DNA of 32,000 bases from the NCBI RefSeq assembly GCF_000020225.1, contig NC_010655.1, positions 1,230,001-1,262,000 on the forward strand. The letters are read 5' to 3'. The first letter of the stretch is position 1. Each line of letters begins with the position of its first letter. The position numbers were made by a program, and so were the translations under genes. Below the pieces are notes generated by a model. That model was not told where the DNA came from. It did not search any database and was given only the letters and a program-made list of their open reading frames with translations. Below, piece by piece: positions 26,189 through 32,000 of the stretch. This stretch comes from Akkermansia muciniphila ATCC BAA-835. Its GTDB lineage: Bacteria > Verrucomicrobiota > Verrucomicrobiia > Verrucomicrobiales > Akkermansiaceae.

Positions 26189-26217
26189 ACTTTAATGAGA
26201 GGGTATCTGGAGTGCAA
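26189..26217 (-). promoter_or_regulatory. Candidate tig promoter (TTGCAC-17 nt-TAAAGT)
   Basis: The minus strand reads TTGCAC (26217..26212), TCCAGATACCCTCTCAT, TAAAGT (26194..26189), about 80 nt upstream of the ATG at 26106. Confidence 0.3.
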
Positions 26218-26320
26218 GCTATTGCACAGGAATGACACAATTGCCCTCCTAAGCGCGCACGCGCACGCGATGTAATAGAATACGGGGCAACTGTGTTCTA
26301 CGCGGAATCACGTCTTGACT

Positions 26321-28792
26321 ATGCAAGAGGAAAAGTCCTTTATATCCCAAGCATTAAGTTCAGCGCTCATGATTCGTCCCGTTTTTTTGTATGTTTCCTT
26401 TCCCTTGATAGCATGTTCGGCTGTTTTGGCCCAGGATGAAACTTCCCTTAACAGAGGCGCCTATGGTTCCGTGATGACTCCGGAACAGGTAATGCGGGAA
26501 CTGGGGCCGGGCACGGGGCTTCTTCCCGGTGACCAGGCGTATGAGGGGCGGCCTGTGAAGAGCGTTTCCGTGCGGTACAGAAGCACCGGCAAGACCGTGT
26601 CCGAAGACCGTCTGAAAAATTTGCTGGCTACGCAGCCGGGCACCAGTTATTCCCCGGAAGTGGTCAACAAGGACTTGGAACGGTTGTTGGAAAGCGGTCT
26701 GGTAGGCGGCAATACAACAGTAGCCGTGGAGCCTTCCGGCGACGGCGTGGCGGTGGTGTTTGAAATGGCGGCCCAGAATCTGCTGGGCGGCGTGGGGTTC
26801 CGCGGCAATACCGCGTTCGACAACAGGGACCTCTCCGAGGAATGCGGGCTGAAGGGGGGGGAAGCTCTCAGCGACAAGGCCCTGAGCAGCGCTATTGCCA
26901 AGCTGCGCACTTATTACCAGGAAGCCCGGTATCCGGATGTACGTGTTTCCTATTTTTACCAGAAAACGGAACGGCCCGGCTTTGTGGATGTGGTCTTCGA
27001 CATTAACGAAGGAAAAAAGGCCAATATTATCAAGATTGACTTTGTGGGCAATGAACACATCAGCGCCAAGGATCTCCGACAGGTGATGAAAACCAAGGAG
27101 AAGGGCTGGTTGACCTGGATTACCAAATCCGGACGCATTGACCGTGAACAAGTGGAGGACGATCTGGCGGAATTGGTGACTTATTACCGCAATAAAGGTT
27201 ATCTGCGCGTCAAGCTGGACAAGGTGGAATATTTTGACGCCGGCAAAGGCAATGAGCAGAAGCTGACGATGAGAATTACCCTTACCGAGGGGCGCCGCTA
27301 CAAGGTCAACCAGGTTGCCTTCGGCCCCACCAAGGTGTTTACGGCCCAGGAACTGATTCCTGGCCTGAGCATGTACAACGGGGATACCTATTCCGCCCAG
27401 AAAGTGGCCGACGACGTGACGATGATCCGCCGTTATTACGGTTCCCGGGGGTATGCGGACGCCTCCGTGCGTCCGGACATTCAGGAAGTGGGCGTTGATC
27501 CCAAGACAGGTTACGGACAAATCAACATCGTGTACCATGTGACGGAAGGCAATCCCTACCGCGTAGGCAATATCCGCCTGACCGGGAATAACCGCACGAA
27601 GGATTACGTCATCCGCCAGGAACTTCCCCTCCAGTCCAATGACCCCATGAACGCCGTGGATTTGGATACCGCCCAGAAGCGCCTCCAGAACCTGAACTAT
27701 TTTGACATGGTGGACGTAGCCCAGGTGGGATCCACGCGACCCGGCTACCGTGATATCAATATCGAGGTGGCGGAAAAACGTACGGGGTCCCTGAATATCG
27801 GCGTGGCATTTTCCTCTATTGAAAGCGTTTACCTGTTCGCAGGCATCACCCAGTCCAATTTTGACATGTATGACTGGTCCTCTTTCGTGGGCGGCGGCCA
27901 GCGTTTCGCGATTAACGCCCGTGTCGGTTTTGAAACGCAGGATGCCAGTATTTCCTGGGTGGATCCGTGGTTCCTGCACCGCAAGCTGGCCTTCGGGACG
28001 GAAATCTTCTACAGCAATTCCACATATTTTTCCGATTATTACGACCAGCAGAACTATGGCTTTGCCATTTCTCTCCGCAAGCCGATCGGGGAACTGGATT
28101 ACGTGAAACTGGAATACCGCCTGGAACAGTACCGTATTGACGCCGAAGGGAACGCCCCTATCTTCTTCTGGCAACAGGACGGAGACTACCTGCGCAGCCA
28201 TGTGGAACTTTCCTACACCATTGATACCCGCGACGCGCAGATTTTTCCCCGCAAGGGAGGCAAATTTGAAGTGCTGGCCGGTTATTCCGGCCTGGGCGGC
28301 GATGTGCATACATACAATTTCGGCGTGAATGGCTCCTATTACTGGAATTTGCGCGGAGACACCATTTTCAGCATCAATGCCGGTGCGGCTACCGTGGATT
28401 CCTATGGCAACCACGATGTGCCCATTTTTGAGCGCCTCTACCTCGGCGGGCCATACAACATGCGCGGTTTCCGTTTCCGGGACGTGGCGCCGTACAATCC
28501 CGCCCTGAGCGGTGATGAGACGATGGGCGGCCGTTCCTCCTTCTTCTGCCAGTTTGAATATTCCATTCCTGTGATTGAAGAAGTGCGCGTCGCGGTGTTT
28601 TATGACATCGGTTTTGTCAACGGAGATTCTTTTGACTTCAGCACGTCCAAAATAGTTTCCGACTACGGGATCGGCCTGCGCCTGAACCTGCCCATCGGTC
28701 CGCTGGCAGTGGACTATGCCATTCCGATTCAGAAGAACAACGCCATTGACCGCGGAGGACAATTCCAGTTCTATCTCAATTATTCCTATTAA
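26321..28792 (+). CDS. bamA: Outer membrane protein assembly factor BamA (about 823 aa)
   Basis: Signal peptide ...MIRPVFLYVSFPLIACSAVLA|QDE. Repeated POTRA-like units follow (e.g. VKSVSVRYRSTGKTVSEDRLKNLL, IIKIDFVGNEHISAKDLRQVM, VNQVAFGPTKVFTAQEL, VGNIRLTGNNRTKDYVIRQEL). The C-terminal Omp85 barrel contains RGF (YNMRGFRF) and ends in an aromatic residue (...YLNYSY). The start could instead be the ATG at 26369. Confidence 0.93.
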   Translation: MQEEKSFISQALSSALMIRPVFLYVSFPLIACSAVLAQDETSLNRGAYGSVMTPEQVMRELGPGTGLLPGDQAYEGRPVKSVSVRYRSTGKTVSEDRLKNLLATQPGTSYSPEVVNKDLERLLESGLVGGNTTVAVEPSGDGVAVVFEMAAQNLLGGVGFRGNTAFDNRDLSEECGLKGGEALSDKALSSAIAKLRTYYQEARYPDVRVSYFYQKTERPGFVDVVFDINEGKKANIIKIDFVGNEHISAKDLRQVMKTKEKGWLTWITKSGRIDREQVEDDLAELVTYYRNKGYLRVKLDKVEYFDAGKGNEQKLTMRITLTEGRRYKVNQVAFGPTKVFTAQELIPGLSMYNGDTYSAQKVADDVTMIRRYYGSRGYADASVRPDIQEVGVDPKTGYGQINIVYHVTEGNPYRVGNIRLTGNNRTKDYVIRQELPLQSNDPMNAVDLDTAQKRLQNLNYFDMVDVAQVGSTRPGYRDINIEVAEKRTGSLNIGVAFSSIESVYLFAGITQSNFDMYDWSSFVGGGQRFAINARVGFETQDASISWVDPWFLHRKLAFGTEIFYSNSTYFSDYYDQQNYGFAISLRKPIGELDYVKLEYRLEQYRIDAEGNAPIFFWQQDGDYLRSHVELSYTIDTRDAQIFPRKGGKFEVLAGYSGLGGDVHTYNFGVNGSYYWNLRGDTIFSINAGAATVDSYGNHDVPIFERLYLGGPYNMRGFRFRDVAPYNPALSGDETMGGRSSFFCQFEYSIPVIEEVRVAVFYDIGFVNGDSFDFSTSKIVSDYGIGLRLNLPIGPLAVDYAIPIQKNNAIDRGGQFQFYLNYSY

Positions 28793-28825
28793 TTACGTTT
28801 GATAATTTCTCTACCGTTTGACGAC

Positions 28826-29575
28826 ATGAGTAATTTCCGCATTCTTATCCTGGCGTTTCTGGTGGTGGTGCTGGCTGTTCTGGGAATGATTTATGTGAAT
28901 ATTTCTTCAAGAATGGATGTGATTCAGCAACAGCAGCAGATGGCCTCCGCTCCGGCACCTGTCAATCCCTCCCCGTATCTTCCGATGCCCACGCAGGCTC
29001 CTGCTTCCGCCGTTCAGCCGGTGGTGGTGGCGGATCCTGTAGTGAGCGAGGAACTGGCTCATGTTTCGGCGGAGCTGGAACGGATGAAGAAGGAGAATGA
29101 AGAACTGAAGAAGCGCCATGCTCTGGCGGAAGAAGAACGCGATTTGTTGGAACGCCAGAATATGGAAAAGGGAGATCCCCGGCTGCAATGGCTTAATGAA
29201 ATCAAGGATGCGGAGCAGGTGGGCCGTGTGACGGAATACTACCGTGACGCCAACCTGGTCCTGTTCCAGTCCATCGGCCAGCCTGACTTGAAAGTGGGGC
29301 AGGAACTGGGAATCCGCAGACGCGGGAGCATTTTTGTATCCCTGATTATCGACGGAGTTGACCCGGACGGGAAGGTGTTCCAGTCTTACGTGAAGCGTAA
29401 TACGCTTTTTGATAATAATGACAAGGAACCCATCAAGCCGGGGGATGAAGTCATTGTTCCGCCTGCGAGCTGGCAGGAAAACATGACGGAAGAAGACAAG
29501 TCCGGTATGGCTTCTCCCTCCGCCCCCGTCCCCGTGGAAGCTCCCAAACCGGTGATGATTCCCATGGAGCCGTGA
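28826..29575 (+). CDS. Orphan bitopic membrane protein (249 aa): N-terminal TM anchor, Gln/Pro-rich linker, coiled coil, beta-rich C-terminal domain, Pro-rich tail
   Basis: MSNFRILILAFLVVVLAVLGMIYV (TM helix); QQQQQMASAPAPVNPSPYLPMPTQAP... (linker); EELAHVSAELERMKKENEELKKRHALAEEERDLLERQNMEKG (heptad-like charged helix); GRVTEYYRDANLVLFQSIGQPDLKVGQELGIRRRGSIFVSLIIDGVDPDGKVFQSYV...IKPGDEVIV (beta-strand pattern). It starts 33 nt after the bamA stop codon. I recognise no family. Confidence 0.7.
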   Translation: MSNFRILILAFLVVVLAVLGMIYVNISSRMDVIQQQQQMASAPAPVNPSPYLPMPTQAPASAVQPVVVADPVVSEELAHVSAELERMKKENEELKKRHALAEEERDLLERQNMEKGDPRLQWLNEIKDAEQVGRVTEYYRDANLVLFQSIGQPDLKVGQELGIRRRGSIFVSLIIDGVDPDGKVFQSYVKRNTLFDNNDKEPIKPGDEVIVPPASWQENMTEEDKSGMASPSAPVPVEAPKPVMIPMEP

Positions 29576-29611
29576 TGCGGGTCCGTATTTAGCCAAGCCA
29601 AGTAAAGAGAA

Positions 29612-30547
29612 GTGCACCTGAGAGAAAGATTGCAATCGGGCGCCGGTCCCAGCCTGTCCTTTGAATTTTTCCCGCCCAAAAACGAGCAGGCAGCGTCGGC
29701 CTTGTACCAGACTATCCGTGAACTGGAGCCTTACCGCCCCAGTTTCGTCAGCGTGACGTATGGTGCAGGGGGCTCCACCCGCGAGCTTACCCGCGAGGTG
29801 GTGTTGCGCATCCAGCATGAATCCCGTATTCCTACGGTTCCCCACCTTACTTGCGTAGGGCATAGCCGGGAGGAGGTATGGAATATCCTGGACCAATACG
29901 CCCGGGCTGGAGTGCGGGCCGTTCTTGCACTTCGGGGAGATCCTCCCCGGGGAGCGAAGGATTACAACCGCGATGCGGATGTTTTTCGCCATGCGGCGGA
30001 TCTGGTGACGTTTATCCGTGAATATAATGAATCCGGCCGTCACCCGGATCCGGATGGATTCGCCATAGGCGTGGCCGGCTTCCCGGAAGGTCATCCGGCC
30101 ACTCCCAACCGCCTGCGCGAGATGGATTTCCTGAAAGCCAAGGTGGATGCCGGCGCGGATTATATCTGCACCCAGCTGTTTTTTGACAATCATTCTTTTC
30201 TGGATTACCGGGAACGCTGTCTGCTGGCCGGCATCAAGGTGCCTATCCTGGCGGGAATTATGCCTGTGACCAGCCTGTCCGGCATGAACCGCATGGCAGA
30301 GCTTTCCGGAGGCACCTGTTTTCCGGCCAGGCTGCTCAAGGCGCTGAAGCGTGCGGGTTCCAATCCGGACGCTATTCAGGAAGTAGGCATCCAATACGCC
30401 TCCAGCCAGTGTGCCGAACTGTTGGATTCCGATGTGGACGGCATTCATTTTTATACGCTTAACCAGAGCCGGGCAACGCGGGAGATCTACAGGAATCTGG
30501 GACTGAAGGATTCCCTGCAGCTTTTGGAACATGGCGAAGATAAGTAA
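29612..30547 (+). CDS. metF: 5,10-methylenetetrahydrofolate reductase (311 aa; GTG start as drawn)
   Basis: Collinear with E. coli MetF motifs: LSFEFFPPK, FVSVTYGAGGSTRE, PHLTCVGHSREEV, ALRGDPP, GFPEGHP, KVDAGADYICTQLFFD, PILAGIMPVTS, IHFYTLNQS. Confidence 0.93.
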   Translation: MHLRERLQSGAGPSLSFEFFPPKNEQAASALYQTIRELEPYRPSFVSVTYGAGGSTRELTREVVLRIQHESRIPTVPHLTCVGHSREEVWNILDQYARAGVRAVLALRGDPPRGAKDYNRDADVFRHAADLVTFIREYNESGRHPDPDGFAIGVAGFPEGHPATPNRLREMDFLKAKVDAGADYICTQLFFDNHSFLDYRERCLLAGIKVPILAGIMPVTSLSGMNRMAELSGGTCFPARLLKALKRAGSNPDAIQEVGIQYASSQCAELLDSDVDGIHFYTLNQSRATREIYRNLGLKDSLQLLEHGEDK

Positions 30548-30599
30548 AAAGCTGATTGATTTGGTTGGGACAACACGGTAGAAACCTCTTCAACATATT

Positions 30600-31337
30600 A
30601 TGGATATCAAGGATATTAAACGGGCCATGGACAATATGCCGATGGGCGACGGAAGTGCGTTTGCGGAAATTTCCGTCGGCCCGGCCAAGCATGAACAGTT
30701 TTTGGATGAACATTACGGCAAGGTTGCGCTGGTTGTGTTGCTATGCGTCCTTGGGGCTGCCGGATGGATTATTTATAATGGCGTGCAGGATTCCATGGAA
30801 AGAAAGGCAGGCGCCGCTCTGGTGGCCGCTATGCCGGAATCCCCGGCAACCGGGGAAATTTCCCTGGACGAACAGGGGCTTCAGCAGGTAGTGGCTGACT
30901 TTGACAGTTCCCGCGCCGCCGTCACCGCCTCTTACCTTCAGGCCATTGCCTTGTGGAACGCCGGCAAGGAGGATGAAGGCGTGGCCAAAATGAAAGCTTT
31001 TATTGATTCCGCTCCCACGGAGGAATGGAAAGCCCAGGCTTCCGTTACCCTGGCCTGCCGTCTGATGAACCGGGGGAAAGCGGATGAGGCGGAAGGGCTG
31101 TTCCGTTCCGTGGTGGATGCGGGAGATCCTACTTTTTCCGGTTTTGCCACCATGTGCCTGGGGGACATTGCCCGGGCTAAGAAAGACAATGCCGCCGCAG
31201 GCGCCTTTTACCGTGAACTGGCGGAGAAATTTCCGTCCAGTGCATTTGCCTTGCAGAGCGGAGGCTACCTGCTGCGCAAGAGCCTGTTTGATATTCAGAG
31301 TCCCGTTCGTATTGAGCCCGCAGTAGAACAGAAATAA
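30600..31337 (+). CDS. YfgM-like membrane-anchored TPR protein (245 aa)
   Basis: The N-terminal pattern EQFLDEHYGKVALVVLLCVLGAAGWIIY parallels E. coli YfgM KRFFAENGKALAVGVILGVGALIGWRYW. It is followed by an Ala-rich helical, TPR-like periplasmic domain (SYLQAIALWNAGKEDEGVAKMKAFI..., ACRLMNRGKADEAEGLFRSVV..., AGAFYRELAEKFPSS). Confidence 0.55.
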   Translation: MDIKDIKRAMDNMPMGDGSAFAEISVGPAKHEQFLDEHYGKVALVVLLCVLGAAGWIIYNGVQDSMERKAGAALVAAMPESPATGEISLDEQGLQQVVADFDSSRAAVTASYLQAIALWNAGKEDEGVAKMKAFIDSAPTEEWKAQASVTLACRLMNRGKADEAEGLFRSVVDAGDPTFSGFATMCLGDIARAKKDNAAAGAFYRELAEKFPSSAFALQSGGYLLRKSLFDIQSPVRIEPAVEQK

Positions 31338-31384
31338 TCCATGCGGGCGTTTCCGAAGTTTTCCGGAAGATGAACGCTTTTTCC

Positions 31385-31419
31385 ATCCGCATGTCTGTTT
31401 TTTTACAGTGCATGCGGAT
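31385..31419 (+). terminator. Candidate terminator after the YfgM-like gene
   Basis: atccgcatg(31385..31393)/catgcggat(31411..31419) with inner ctgt/acag pairing around a T-rich loop, followed by ttccgtattc. Confidence 0.4.
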
Positions 31420-31593
31420 TTCCGTATTCAGGAACGCCGGAACAGGGGGGTAATGAAAAGCCTGCTGCGCGCGTAGCTGTTATGATTCCGGGAATTCCGT
31501 TCAGGACTGTGACATATTTAAACAAATCATCAAGGGATTCCGCGCTTACCGGATGTAACCGGGCTGCCGGTGTTAATCCTTATTTTTTATCTC

Positions 31594-31866
31594 ATGAACA
31601 GGCATATTAAATCATTCTGGCTTCTTCCCCTGGCGGGAATGACGCTTTCTTTCATGCCGTCCTGCACGACGGACAGCTACGGGAACAGTTCCGTAACGCC
31701 CGGCGGAGCCGCCGCCATCGGTGTGGGGGCGCTGGCTGCCGGCGCCGCTATTGGGGCGGCTGTCCAGCATGACCGCGACAAGGACAGGTACCGCAATGAC
31801 TGGCGTCACCATAATCCTCCTCCTCCGCCTCCCCGTCCGCCTCATCGACCCCAATGGCGGAGGTAA
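31594..31866 (+). CDS. Small putative lipoprotein (90 aa) with a glycine-zipper segment and a polyproline/Arg-rich tail
   Basis: MNRHIKSFWLLPLAGMTLSFMPSC is a signal peptide with an imperfect lipobox (MPS|C). It is followed by GGAAAIGVGALAAGAAIGAA (glycine zipper) and then ...HHNPPPPPPRPPHRPQWRR. The ATG at 31594 is preferred over the GTG at 31570. Confidence 0.55.
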   Translation: MNRHIKSFWLLPLAGMTLSFMPSCTTDSYGNSSVTPGGAAAIGVGALAAGAAIGAAVQHDRDKDRYRNDWRHHNPPPPPPRPPHRPQWRR

Positions 31867-32000
31867 GAAGGGAGCGTGCGTGTAAGGGCGGCGATATTTT
31901 GGTTCGGCAGGGGGCCGGGAGGCGACGCGTTTTTCCGGTCTGCCCCTTTGCTGAAATCTCAGACCCGCCGTATGCCGCGGAGCGCCCAGGTCATGCGTTG

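Noticed and set aside
29576-29611. Riboswitch (e.g. SAM) upstream of metF.
   Set aside because: The intergenic gap is only 36 nt with no conserved helices, too short for any known riboswitch.
31867-32000. Possible end of a minus-strand gene (tca at ~31959) or a terminator at the right edge.
   Set aside because: There is too little sequence to establish a reading frame, and I found no convincing hairpin.

Overview
This window is mostly a conserved bacterial core locus. From about 2.3 kb to 26.1 kb every gene is on the minus strand. In window order the genes are: lepA (minus strand, cut by the window edge), a 67-aa membrane protein on the plus strand, a 1,865-aa autotransporter, rpoC, rpoB, rplL, rplJ, rplA, rplK, nusG, secE, tRNA-Trp, tuf, tRNA-Thr, tsaD, clpX, clpP and tig. 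The strand then switches to plus for bamA, an orphan coiled-coil membrane protein, metF, a YfgM-like TPR membrane protein and a 90-aa glycine-zipper/polyproline lipoprotein. The composition, the PATR/Pmp-like autotransporter and the lack of Shine-Dalgarno motifs suggest a Verrucomicrobiota (Akkermansia-like) genome. That is a guess from memory and cannot be verified here. I found no CRISPR array, rRNA, transposase, integrase or recognisable defence genes, and no convincing novel multi-gene system. Four parts are accessory or unexplained. (1) The autotransporter sits as a single-gene cassette with very AT-rich flanks, its own near-consensus promoter and a sharp GC shift inside the gene. (2) The orphan membrane protein directly follows bamA, in an odd bamA-X-metF-yfgM-like operon. 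(3) The spacers in the rplJ/rplL/rpoB region are unusually structured. (4) Start sites lack SD motifs, and TTA/CTA/TCA codons are almost entirely avoided. That avoidance produces very long codon-aligned antisense ORFs in the supplied track, up to 1,368 aa opposite rpoC. I treat those as shadows, not genes.
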